Positions 13,005-25,366 are shown, numbered from the stretch's first letter. The stretch is DNA of 64,000 bases from Macrostomum lignano (GCA_002269645.1 NIVC01000365.1:310001-374000), one strand, 5' to 3'. Numbers and translations are program-made. Notes: generated by a model from the letters alone, not told the origin.

Positions 13005-16000
13005 CCATCCGGAAAGAGATGAGGATAAGCCAATGTAAAATATCCTTCATCCTGAAATTCGTTTACCGGCTCGTTGCTTCTTGCTGGCCATTTCAATTTT
13101 TCACTCAAAAATTTGTCTCGTACTGCCGATTCCAATCGACGCAAAGGAGTCTCCAACAGCGAACTAATTGTTTCCTCGAGCTCGTTCGTCTCGTCCGCAT
13201 TTTTTTCTACTTGTTGCTGCAATCGCTCAGCTCTGGCTGAGCCGCCTTCTTGCTGTGCCGCCTCGAAATTCACTTCATTGTCAGACTGCATTTCGACAAT
13301 CATACCTTCTACTTGATGAGCATAACCATCTTCAGGCAGATGTAGCAACGCATCATTATTCATTGAAACCTGATACTGTCTAAAGTACTTGTTGTTTGCC
13401 ATTAAATAGCGCATCGCATTAGTCACTTTGTCGCGTCGAACTCGCAAATTGTTCATTGTGCCGCTTTGCGCTTCTCCAGGCTGAACACGGGCTCTTTCGT
13501 CGTACATTAAAACAACTGGCAGAGATCGTCTTGGCAGCTCTCGCAAAACGTGCGACTGATCTTGAGGCAACATGATTCCGTGTCCTCTCGATTTTGTTTG
13601 CTTTTGGGGAAAAATTTGTACCACAACAATAACCGACAAAACTGGCGAAATCAACATTTGCTCTGCTACACTCAAATCTTGCAAATCTTCTGGCTGCTCC
13701 AACATCGGAATCGCATTGTTTTCTTGGCTAAACGATTTCGGCTCATTGTCATCTCTGAAACAACGATCGCACATGTCTTCAGAATCGATGCTAAAATATT
13801 TTCCAGGAAACTTTTCCCTACACACGTAGCACTGTTTCAAATGTGATACTTTTGTTATGTTTTCATTGAAAAAGTCTTGCCTCATCTTTTTGAACTGGTC
13901 TGTGAACGGATTGCGAAGGCACTTTGGCAGATTAGGATCTCCGATTTCATCTTCAACAATTGGAGCATCTTGAGCGCTCTCTTCTGAAGTGCTGCTCTGC
14001 GGAACATTTTCTTTAGCTGGCTGCTGCTCCATTGTAGGCCGCTTTCTGGGTGACGAACGGATCGCTTCATCAGGCTTCTCCTGAGTAGCACGTGTCTTTC
14101 GTGGTGATGAATACGTAGAAGTAGCTGGAATATTATCAGACTGACGTTTATCTTGCTGCTCCTGCTGCAAAGGTGCCGTCTTCCTAGGCGACGATCGAAC
14201 GGGTTCGCAGATATGATTTTCTGCGTTTGTCAATCTCTGTTTCCGTGGTAAAGAATTTGCATAGTTGACCACTTGCTGCTGGTTTTTCAAACGCTCGCTG
14301 CGACGAGTAGGAGCACTTGGTACAACGTCGCTCTTCTTTTCTCGACCTCTTCCTTTTTCCAAATGGCAAGAAACGCTTGAAACCGCCGAAACTGAGTCGC
14401 CACAACCGATGCAACTGCAACATGGTGCTCTCCGAGTGCGACTGCTTCTTCTCAATAAGCTCTGACCAGATACACTAGAGGCTGCAACAGACACAGACTC
14501 TAATGTGTTTGCTTTAGCGCTCAGTCGACTACTCCGACGCGTAGCGCAACTTGCCTTCCCAACATCCTTTTTACGCCGACTGCGCCGCGGAACATTTGAT
14601 GGCACGGACTCTGACACACGATCACTTTTAACTGACTCTGACACATGCTCAATTTCAACTGACTCTGCGCTATCCTCCGCGTCAAGATCGACATTCCAAT
14701 TCCAGACAGAGTTGTTCCGATCCCGAAGCACTTCATATGAATTCGGATGCGCAAACAAACTCGTATTATTTTCCAAGGACTTTGCTTGATTTCTACAACG
14801 TCCCTTCCAATGCCTACTTTGAACTCGGGTCCAGTCTGCAACCTTTTCAAAAGGCGTCATTGGTGGAGCTGGAGGTGGCATCATTACAACAGGATCTTCG
14901 ACAACATGAACATTCTCGTTGAGAGGGGGCATTTCCACATTCTTGGCGCTCAAATCTCCTTGGCCAGTCGGCCGAACTGAGCTTGCTTCATTAACTTCCA
15001 AATCATTGACACGAACGATTTCGTAGTGTTGACTACCAGGATTAAACAACAATCGAATAGTAGCCAAACGTTCTCCAATATTCGGTCGGGAATAATGGCC
15101 AGGCCGCGCTAGATTAAGCATGTTTGACTGATAAATAAACACTTCTAGCCGCAACAGTTCACCAATTAGTTCTGGAACTCCGCATGGCACGTACATACGG
15201 GGACGCCTTGTATCGTCGCGCACTTTTTCCCAATTCAGTCCTGTTTGCATAATTCTTTCCTGATTATTGACATCGCGATGCACCCATTGCTCGAATTCTG
15301 CAGCAACCGCATCTCGAAAATCTTCTACGCTTAGCGATTGATAGGCGGAAAAACCTGGCAGTTCTTGTAATTGTCTCAATATGGCCGTGAAAAAACAGTT
15401 GCCGTCACCTCGTACATTCTCAACGCGACACGAAGAAAAAGGAACCCATACAGGTTGGACTTGTACAGCAGCAGTTACATGACCTTCGGCAAAATCCATT
15501 GCAGTAGCACCTGTTTCATCTGTAAAAGAATACAACTCTTAAACAGTGAGGTATGATAATTTTAAGGAATTGAGCATTAATTGTATTTTGCACAAGTCGT
15601 AAACACTAAAATCTAATTTTCAATATTCGCAAGCAAAGTCAGATGTAAGAAAGAAAATTAACTTGTACTATGCATAGAAATTCAATAAAAAATAAAACTC
15701 TCACCAGCACTCAAGTAGCCTATAAGTTGCTCATTGTAAGCAGCACCAGAATTGGGCACTTCAGCATCACCTTCGACCACGGGGTATTCCGAAGCAGCCA
15801 GAGCGTCGGCCAGAGCAGCATCATGTTCAGCTAGCAGGGCAGCCAGACCAGCCTCGTCCAGCTTAATCACAGACTCAGTTTTAGCAGCAGCATCAGCAGA
15901 AGCACCAGCTTTAGTCCCAGCAGCGGCAATAGAAGAGGCAGCAGCAGCTTCCGGTTGTACATCTGGCTCTTGAATCTGTTCTTCGCCAGCAGTTAAATCA

Positions 16001-16934
16001 CCGACAGCAGCAACTTTAATATTATTCTTGGAGCGGCTCCAGTTTTTCTTCTTCGGCCGTCCGCACTTTTTCGCACCTGTTTAAAGTCACAGTAAAAAAG
16101 AAATTTATAAATCTACCTATATATATATATATATATATATGTCTGTCCATCTATTTCGCTCTAGAGCGTGCCATTCTTGATCAATTTTGATAGCGTTTTT
16201 TCTAAACTATTGCAGATTTTGCACTGATTATACAGTGGTCAAAATTTCTTAAATCTGCTCAAATTCTAAGGGTGTTAAACATTCGAAAATAGAGTTTCTA
16301 TAATTATTTTAATGATCTGTCAAACAAGGTCAGATTCCAATTGAATTTATTCCCTTTGTCGAAACTATTCAGTCGAAACTACTCAGTCGAAACTATTGAG
16401 TTCACACTATTCAGTCAAAACTACTCAGTCAAGATTATTAAGTCTAAACTATTCAGTTGTAACTATTCAGTTGAAATTATTCTGTCTGTCAAAACTATTC
16501 AGGCGAAACTATTCAATCTAAACTATTGAGTGTGAACTATTGATTTGAGCTGCGTCAGTTAAGAGTTTGAAAAATTCACATTTTTAGACATCTGAAAAAC
16601 ACTTTTTTACAGAATTACCTGTGAACTATTCAGTGTGAGTTATAGTGTGAACAATTGAGATTTATTGTTTGGTAAATAAATTGTGTAGTGCAGGAACTTT
16701 TTAGTTTGTCTGTTGCCCAAATGGGCAGCCAAGAATGCTAGTAAAAGCTGGTTTCCTAAGGTGTGAATATTAATAATAAAGGTAGGATTGCTTTGAAACT
16801 ATTCCTGAAAGTAGCACCTATCACCTGCAAGTTGCAACAAATGTACAAAACTTACTATTGGCAGCAACAGAAGAAGCACTTGTATCCTTGTTAATGCTAG
16901 TGTTGTCCTTGATGCTGTTTTTGTCGTTGCCCAT
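13005..16934 (-). pseudogene. Truncated spliced Helitron RepHel gene (N-terminal ~990 aa): AT-hook-like, OTU-like protease, CxxC-CxxC Zn finger, DUF6570-like; Rep and helicase absent
   Basis: Exons 16934-16856 (MGNDK...), 16076-15705 (KKCGRPKKK) and 15519-13005, all phase-1 GT-AG joins that stay in frame. OTU motifs VRGDGNCFFTAI and HYEIV. CYVC..CDRC..NN..P..L..L..AEQMLISP..LRVRRDKV..YL..NNKYF. Ends at [20 protein letters not shown], the motif that normally precedes the Helitron Rep region. The ORF runs on through the satellite to 11873. Confidence 0.8.
16112..16741 (+). mobile_element. Non-autonomous Helitron1-type element, 630 bp, nested in intron 1 of the Helentron gene
   Basis: 5' A|TCTACCTATATATA... 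with a (TA)n tract. 3' hairpin TGCCC-AAAT-GGGCA (16714-16727), 10 nt, then CTAG|T. A|T insertion site with no TSD. Internal degenerate aaactattcagtc repeats. Removing it leaves a 149-nt intron. Confidence 0.7.
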
Positions 16935-19514
16935 CCTGTCTAAATAAACATGTTAGTAAATATTTCAGAATGATAAAGAAACTAATTAGCTAAACACAGA
17001 AAACATGCTACTCTTTACCAAGTTAACTCAACTCTTTTCTGGTGGCAAATTTAGTTAAACTACGAACACTAGCACTGCTACTGGATTGTGGATTAATATG
17101 CTGCAGCATAATATACTGGCATATAGGCGGTGTGTGCCATGTAGTTTTTGTGCTTTCAACATTTTTTCTTGGATTTAGTGCATATTTTCTAGAGTTTTTT
17201 CAGGCATATTCCATGTTTTTGTACATGCTTCTAGGAATTCTATATCAGCAAAAAAACATCCCTTGGTAAAAATTCACCATAAACTAAGTGTCTAGCACTT
17301 TCAAGCATTGCTTGATATAAGGAGCATTGGCATGTATATATTGTCTAGCAAAAATGCTAAATTTATAATAAATTGAGCAGAATTTATAAAAAGTGTCCAC
17401 AAACTTCTACCATTAAGCAGAGTACTACAGATATTTGTACTATGCTAAACATATGAAGAAATAAAAAGAATACTTACTTCAAAACTAAAGTCTTAAGTCA
17501 AAATTATGCAAACAAAAGGAAAATTCAAGTTAAATTTGACTGATAACTACAAAATAAAATGTGAAAGGATGAGTACTTTTAAAAGATATATGTAAATATG
17601 ACTATAATTTATAAAAATATGGAGCAAAAAGCAAAGCAGAGAAAAAAAACGTAAATATTTGGCAGAATACAATTAATTAGCTATAAAATAATATTAAAGT
17701 ACTATACTTCAGTTATATTTCAAATAAAATTTGAAGCTTACACTTACAGTGTAAAACTGATAACAATTGAATATATTACAATTAAAACTTGTACTTGTAG
17801 AATATAATATATTGTACAATAATTATATATAATGTAGTAGGATACGAATAAATAGCGTAACAAAACCGAATATTATAGCTACAGATTGAAGCTTGAAAAT
17901 ATTTCAGATTTAGATAGCGTTTGCTTAGATAAGTTGCTTTGAAAATTTGGGGTCAAATTTGTCCTACAGCAATAAACTACTGTTAACATAACCGATTTAA
18001 ATTTAAATTTTTGTAGAAATTATAAGGAACAGAACGACTGAAATGTACAGTTTAATTATTTCAAAATTAAATAATTTCGAATTCTATTTTACCTTATTGC
18101 TTTCTTCAATTAAATTTTGTTATACAATTTATAAAATGCCTATTTTCAAAATATACCTCAAAAAGTAAGTTCAACAGCTTTAAAAATGCGCACGTTTTTA
18201 CACTTCACGGCTCCAAAAAGTCACCATAGAAGATTTTTGCAGGACGCAAGACTTTTTACGTTACAAAATAGCACTTTTATGTGCATTTTTTATTCAGTTT
18301 CAAAAGGCTTTTTAGTTACCTATTTGGTATTTTTTGTTTTAAAGATTTTTGCGAAATCAGGTCATTTTAACTTGTTACGAAACTGTGGACCCACACTTTT
18401 ACGCAACGCAATGCGCATGATGTCATCTTAAAGCACTTGCTAAATGCTATTTATTGACACTACACTGAAGGCCTGGCGTAGGATAGTTAATAAATGGCAG
18501 CGTGAAATATAGCAAAAAAACGCATAGTACCGGAACCTCGTAATTCGGTAAAATGTTAATAGCGTCAAAATACGAATTTTCGCACACTAACGAAGATGGC
18601 AGTCATCTGTACGTGTTTACTGGGCACAATAGTGCTCTTGGAAGCTAAGAACCTCATAGCGAAAATCAATAAATTTTTCACCCTATGTGTGCTCATATAG
18701 GTTGTTTTTGCACAAAATCACGTTTTTCGATTTTAAAAGTCAATTATAACAAAATTTTGCAACTGACAGACGTGAATATCATTTTTTCTGACAGTAGTCA
18801 TCTAGGTGTTTCTAATAAGTACAAATTTTGGTTCATTCTTACGCTTCACCTATCCTTAGTATAGGTACAAAGTCATTATTTCATTTCCAGCAAGTCACGT
18901 GACCTGACCTGAGGTGTACAACGCATCGTGCAATGACAGCGAACATACATTCAAATTAAAGTACATCTAAAATGTAGTTCAATGACACCAAGCGCGTCGC
19001 GCTCCGGTAATCCGCTCAAAAGTTACAGGCTAAAAAGTATGTTCGATATGCAAGCCCCCCGTACCGTCGTTAAAGTACATTTCTGTACCGGCAGCGACTT
19101 CAATAAACTAAGACGAAATTTCAAAATATACATATTGTGCGCAATTTAGTTGTGCACCTTGCCTAAAAAGTCTGATTTTCCTAGCATGTCGTCGTTTCTT
19201 ATTTTTTGTACATTTGTATCATGAAAAATACATAAAAATAGCCTAAATCACGTTTATCGACTTTAGCAGTGTATGGCTCAGAGTCAGTGCAACGAAACGG
19301 CTCAAAATGTATTATAAACATGTAGATCTTACCTAAATGACCGCATTCATGTACTTTTTAGAGTCTCGCAACAAGGTTGAATTTCCTTTATTTCGGTTCG
19401 AATACCTACCCGTCGAATATTCGAATGTAATTAACAGGTGCGAATGTACAGTTAAAGTGAGTATCTTGGTTAAAGTCGTGCGTCATGTAAGAGTCCCAGG
19501 TGCCATTGTTAGAA

Positions 19515-19562
19515 TGACGCAGCTCAAAGGTCGCGCTGACGCGCGACCTTTGAGCTGCGTCA
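19515..19562. other. Perfect 22-bp-stem hairpin
   Basis: tgacgcagctcaaaggtcgcgc - tgac - gcgcgacctttgagctgcgtca. Confidence 0.9.
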
Positions 19563-19976
19563 GTTGAAAGTTGATAAAAATGCGCATTTTTTGACACTTA
19601 AAAAACACACTTTTACAGAATTACCTATCAAGGTAAGCATTTAGCGGAAAATAACCAATCAGTGTCTTGAAGGTCTGAAAATTCGCCAAAAGTTGGGTTC
19701 AATCAATTTTTGACTCCATATTGTGAATCCTTATTTTTTGAGATTCAAGATTTGGACGGGTCTAAAAAAAGTCACTTTTTTGTTGCCATGGCAACCAAGA
19801 CGCGTTGCTATGGAACTTTCACGTCACACATCTTGTAGCCCTAAATGTTTTACGTCCATAGAGGGGTCACACATGGTTTCATCTCAAGTGGTTTTAACTC
19901 TGCATCAATTTTATTTTCTAAAACGTTGATTTTACGTTGGGGGAGTCTCCGGGACATCTTATCTCGGTCTCGTTTG

Positions 19977-20047
19977 TCCGAAAAAATTGCCAACGAGGAG
20001 CTACGCTCGCTTCGCTCGCTTCGCTCCTCGTTGGCAATTTTTCCGGA
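19977..20047. other. Subterminal palindrome of the Helentron 5' end
   Basis: tccgaaaaaattgccaacgaggagc ... gctcctcgttggcaatttttccgga (one mismatch in 25 bp) around a cgctcgcttcgctcgcttc loop; adjacent to the subTIR. Confidence 0.85.
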
Positions 20048-20400
20048 CTGCACTTCGACCTAACTAGTGCATTTCTTTCACTTTAAATTATTTAGAAGCA
20101 CAGCTTCTACAACGCAACATTCCAACTACGGCAGAAAACTGAAATTGGAATGAGCAGAGAATGCGCGGAATCTGCACACAATTCATCATCTTCCTACCAG
20201 CTTAACTGTGGCCAAGACATCTTTCCCACTTTCCGGAATTCGATAAGATCATTCGATAAGTGGCTTGCGCCTCAGTCTGAGGATTTGCCATTTTCCTCAT
20301 GTCGCATCCTCAGCTGCGACTCCCTCAGCACTTTTGGGGCCTCGAGAATGGCGAATCTTCTTGGACTCAAAGCCCCCTGCTCAGTATTGCTGCTCCCGGT

Positions 20401-21078
20401 AGTCGGGACTAAGACTCCCTGACAGTCGGGACTGGGACTCCCTGACAGTCGGGACTGGGACTCCCTGACAGTCGGGACTGGGACTCCCTGACTGTGACAG
20501 TCGGGACTGGGACTCCTTGGCAGTCGGGACTGGGAATCGCTGATCAAAGCTGTCAGGGAGTCCCAATCAAGGCTTTCAGGGAGTCCCAGTCCCGATTTTC
20601 AGGGAGTCCCAGTCCCGACTGTCAGGGAGTCCCAGTCCCGACTTTCAGGGAGTCCCAATCACGACTTTCAGGGAGTCCCAGTCCCGACTTTCAGGGAGTC
20701 CCAGTCCCGACTGTCAGGGAGTCCCAATCACGACTTTCAGGGAGTCCCAGTCCCGACTTTCAGGGAGACCCAGTCCCGACTGTCAGGGAGTCCCAGTCCC
20801 GACTGTCAGGGAGTCCCAATCCCAACTGTCAGGGAGTCCCAGTCCCGACTGTCAGGGAGTCCCAATCCCAACTGTCAGGGAGTCCCAGTCCCGACTTTCA
20901 GGGAGTCCCAGTCCTGAGTCCCAATCACGACTGTCAAGGAGTCCCAATCCCGACTTTCAGGGAGTCCCAGTCCTGAGTCCCAATCACGACTGTCAGGGAG
21001 TCCCAGTCCCGACTTTCAGGGAGTCCCAGTCCTGAGTCCCAATCACGACTGTCGGGGAGTCCCAGTCCCGACTGTCAG
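20401..21078. repeat. ~22-23 bp minisatellite (cagggagtcccagtcccgactgt) present as two oppositely oriented arrays
   Basis: 20401-20540 reads agtcgggactgggactccctgac; 20553-21078 reads its reverse complement. Confidence 0.9.
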
Positions 21079-21414
21079 GTCCGAATTTCCTGCCGAGACC
21101 TGACCCAGTCCCAGCGGTCTACCGGACAGCATAGGAGACTCACAGTTTGTTCATCGATAATCGAAATTCCCCAACAGACTCGCTGTTAATCCCTCAGCGT
21201 CGGCCTTACAAACTGCCCTGTCCCCTTTTATCCAAGCTTCTTTGCAGGCAGAGTGCTGGCCTATCATTAAAATTTACTTATAGTGAAAGTGTGCGGGCGA
21301 CCCCCCCTGTTGCCACACATGCAGTTTTATATTATGAGCGCCTGGGGAATACCAAGAGGCCGGATGTAATGAGCCAAAGTCCATTGCTGCTCTCGCTGCC
21401 ATGTTAAACTATTG

Positions 21415-23579
21415 TGTCAAAGGTGAAGCAATTGGGGATGTCAAATGTCAAATGTTGGCTGAGTGGCAATCACAGTGTCAAAGGTGAAGCAATTGGAGTG
21501 TCAAAGGTGAGGCAATCAGAGTGTCACAGGTGAGGCAATCAGAGTGTCAAAGGTGAGGCAATCAGAGTGTCAAAGTTGAAGCAATTGGAGTGTCAAAGGT
21601 GAGGCAATCAGAGTGTCAAAGGTGAAGCAATTGGAGTGTCAAAGGTGAGGCAATCAGAGAGTCACAGGTGAGGCAATCAGAGTGTCACAGGTGAGGCAAT
21701 CAGAGTGTCAAAGTTGAAGCAATTGGAGTGTCAAAGGTGAGGCAATCAGAGAGTCACAGGTGAAGCAATTGGAGTGTCAAAGGTGAGGCAATCAGAGAGT
21801 CACAGGTGAAGCAATTGGAGTGTCAAAGGTGAGGCAATCAGAGTCACAGGTGAAGCAATTGGAGTGTCAAAGGTGAGGCAATCAGAGTGTCAAAGGTGAA
21901 GCAATTGGAGTGTCAAAGGTGAGACAATCAGAGTGGTACAGGTGAAGCAATCAGAGTGTCAAAAGTGAAGCAATCAAAGTGTCACAGGTGAGGCAATCAG
22001 AGTGTCAAAGGTGAAGCAATTGGAGTGTCAAAGGTGAGGCAATCAGAGAGTCACAGGTGAGGCAATCAGAGTGTCACAGGTGAGGCAATCAGAGTGTCAA
22101 AGTTGAAGCAATTGGAGTGTCAAAGGTGAGGCAATCAGAGAGTCACAGGTGAGGCAATCAGAGTGTCAAAGGTGAAGCAATTGGAGTGTCAAAGGTGAGG
22201 CAATCAGAGTGTCACAGGTGAGGCAATCAGAGTGTCAAAGGTGAAGCAATTGGAGTGTCAAAGGTGAGGCAATCAGAGAGTCACAGGTGAGGCAATCAGA
22301 GTGTCACAGGTGAGGCAATCAGAGTGTCAAAGTTGAAGCAATTGGAGTGTCAAAGGTGAGGCAATCAGAGAGTCACAGGTGAAGCAATTGGAGTGTCAAA
22401 GGTGAGGCAATCAGAGAGTCACAGGTGAAGCAATTGGAGTGTCAAAGGTGAGGCAATCAGAGTGTTACAGGTGAAGCAATTGGAGTGTCAAAGGTGAGGC
22501 AATCAGAGTCACAGGTGAAGCAATTGGAGTGTCAAAGGTGAGGCAATCAGAGTGTCAAAGGTGAAGCAATTGGAGTGTCAAAGGTGAGGCAATCAGAGTG
22601 TTACAGGTGAAGCAATCAGAGTGTCAAAAGTGAAGCAATCAAAGTGTCACAGGTGAGGCAATCAGAGTGTCAAAGGTGAAGCAATTGGAGTGTCAAAGGT
22701 GAGGCAATCAGAGAGTCACAGGTGAGGCAATCAGAGTGTCACAGGTGAGGCAATCAGAGTGTCAAAGTTGAAGCAATTGGAGTGTCAAAGGTGAGGCAAT
22801 CAGAGAGTCACAGGTGAGGCAATCAGAGTGTCAAAGGTGAAGCAATTGGAGTGTCAAAGGTGAGGCAATCAGAGTGTCACAGGTGAGGCAATCAGAGTGT
22901 CAAAGGTGAGGCAATCAGAGTGTCAAAGGTGAAGCAATTGGAGTGTCAAAGGTGAGGCAATCAGAGAGTCACAGGTGAGGCAATCAGAGTGTCAAAGTTG
23001 AAGCAATTGGAGTGTCAAAGTTGAAGCAATTGGAGTGTCAAATGTGAGGCAATCAGAGTGTCAAAGTTGAAGCAATTGGAGTGTCAAAGGTGAGGCAATC
23101 AGAGTGTCACAGGTGAGGCAATCAGAGTGTCAAAGTTGAAGCAATTGGAGTGTCAAAGGTGAGGCAATCAGAGAGTCACAGGTGAAGCAATTGGAGTGTC
23201 AAAGGTGAGGCAATCAGAGTGTCACAGGTGAGGCAATCAGAGTGTCAAAGGTGAGGCAATCAGAGTGTTACAGGTGAAGCAATCAGAGTGTCACAGGTGA
23301 GGCAATCAGAGTGTCAAAGGTGAGGCAATCAGAGTGTTACAGGTGAAGCAATCAGAGTGTCACAGGTGAGGCAATCAGAGTGTCAAAGGTGAGGCAATCA
23401 GAGTGTTACAGGTGAAGCAATCAGAGTGTCACAGGTGAGGCAATCAGAGTGTCAAAGGTGAGGCAATCAGAGTGTTACAGGTGAGGCAATCAGAGTGTCA
23501 AAGGTGAGGCAATCAGAGTGTCAAAGGTGAGGCAATCAGAGTGTCACAGGTGAGGCAATCAGAGTGTTACAGGTGAGGC
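21415..23579. repeat. 23-bp minisatellite (gagtgtcaaaggtgaggcaatca / gagtgtcaaaggtgaagcaattg), ~2.2 kb
   Basis: Continuous 23-bp periodicity with two to three interleaved variants. Confidence 0.97.
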
Positions 23580-24299
23580 CATGTTCGAATTGGGTGGGAT
23601 ATTTCGGAATGACGAGGCGCTTCCTCAGCGGGAAACTGAAACTGGGATGGCGGATCCCTCAATGGGACACTCGCAGCTCAACCCCCGTCCCATCGGGAGT
23701 TGCTCAGCAGGCGACGGTCTCGAGCAGCTGAGTCCGCAAGCTGGCTGAGACGCCCGAAGGCGGCACGGTCCAAATCCGCTACAGGCAAGCCGCAGGCGAT
23801 ACGAGAATGCATGGCCGCTGAAAGCACCTGTCCAGTTGGCGTGTCGTTGGCGGGATATCCAGCGGATTTGTCGGCAAAGACCTGCTGATTTGCAAGAAGA
23901 GTAATTCCACACCAAGTCTAGATTGTGTACCGCCCGGCAGTTCAAGTGCTCAGCCGAAAATGAGTTTCTGTTTCCCCATGGGTCTCTTAAGTGAAATATC
24001 CTGCTTAGAATGGAAAGATATCATTTTTTGAGAAGGAAACCTGGAAAGCAGGGCGAACTCAGATACTCCGAGTGGATGGCAAGGCTTAAAATTTGCATAA
24101 AAGGCCAGTTTGAATGGACCCGGGCACTATGGCAGCTTGTAGCAGAAATGTTCTTTATGAAGGGAAAATGCGGGAAATTGGCTGGGCAGGAAAAGGTGGA
24201 AAATTGACAAAAACTGGAGAGAGGACTGCAGACGGGTGAAGGGTGTGGACTGAATCAACTTGGACGGAAACAAATACTATGAGGAATAAAGCTGAGATG

Positions 24300-24500
24300 G
24301 AGCGAAAAAGGGCGGAGAACAGGAAGAGAGAGAGGAGAGAAGGAGGAGAGGGAGAGAGGGAGAGAAGGAGAGATGGAAAGGAGAGAAAGAGAGAAGAGAC
24401 GGAGAGAGGGAGAGAAGGAGAGATGGAGAGGAGAGAAGGAGAGAAGAGAGGGAGAGAGGGGAGAAGGAATGGTGAGAGAGAGAGGGAGTGCGGAGAGGTG
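24300..24500. repeat. AG-rich low-complexity tract
   Basis: gagagaaggagag-type purine run. Confidence 0.7.
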
Positions 24501-25019
24501 ACACGTCAGAGTGCTAGGAATGAGAAACACAGGGACTGGTAAAGTCAGCAGAGATGTGGAAGCAGTTTAGAGGGTCAGAGTCAGTCCTCAGGCAGTCAGC
24601 AAACAAAAGCAGCAGCAGCAGCAGCTCTCATGACGCACTCGCCTTGACCAAGTTGGCTGAGTGACACTGAATTGGTTGGCAGTTTTCTCTCGCGCTTTCA
24701 GAGCCGCATTTTACTTGGCTGAATCCGAGCCAGTGGCTGAGTCGCTCAACGCGACTTCCCCGCCAACGGTCCTCGAAGTAAAACTAATTCTCAGGGTTTT
24801 TCGCTCCACTTTCAAAGCCGAAGCATGCCGAAGTACTTGATGTCTGGGATTTTGTTAACAAAAATGCTTTATCACAGTTTCCAATGTCCTGTCTGGAGAC
24901 AAGATTCTCAGACATCAAGTGTTTGAGTCTGCAGTTACTGATGCGAACAGATGCTTTAAAAAGATTCAGTAAAGCCTTTTTAAGGGTCAGTCCTAAGCTG
25001 CCTCCACCACGGCTTCCCC

Positions 25020-25366
25020 CTTCTTCCCTCTCCCCTCAACATCTCTCCCCCCACACTCTCCCCCCACACTCTCCCCCCACACTCTCCCCCCACACCCTCT
25101 CACCCTTTCTCTCTCTCCCCTCACCCTCTCTCCCCTCACCCTCTCTCCCCTCACCCTCTCTCCCCTCACCCTCTCTCCCCTCACCCTCTCTCCCCTCACC
25201 CTCTCTCCCCTCACCCTCTCTCCCCTCACCCTCTCTTCCCTCTCCCACAGCTCCCTCTCCCACAGCTCCCTCTCCCACAGCTCCCTCTCCCACAGCTCCC
25301 TCTCCCACAGCTCCCTCTCCCACAGCTCCCTCTCCCACAGCTCCCTCTCCCACAGTTTCCTCTCCT
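25020..25366. repeat. CT-rich 15-mer tandem arrays (ctctctcccctcacc, then ctccctctcccacag)
   Basis: Two adjacent 15-bp unit types, ~8 copies each. Confidence 0.9.

Larger units (their letters stand above)
6903..20063 (-). mobile_element. Helentron/Helitron2-type rolling-circle transposon, internally deleted (non-autonomous) derivative, ~13.2 kb
   Basis: Perfect 13-bp subterminal inverted repeats AGGTCGAAGTGCA (6931-6943) and TGCACTTCGACCT (20049-20061). On the minus strand the 5' end is TT+subTIR followed by a large palindrome (19977-20047). The 3' end is subTIR + hairpin AAGGTG-GCA-CACCTT (6913-6927) + CAATCTAGTT. The termini enclose a Helitron-type N-terminal ORF in the same orientation. 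Confidence 0.8.

Noticed and set aside
19977-20068. Plus-strand Helitron1 3' end (hairpin then CTAG|T at 20064-20068)
   Set aside because: It is better explained as the 5' end of the minus-strand Helentron, because the 13-bp subTIR pairs with 6931-6943. No matching A|TC start was found.
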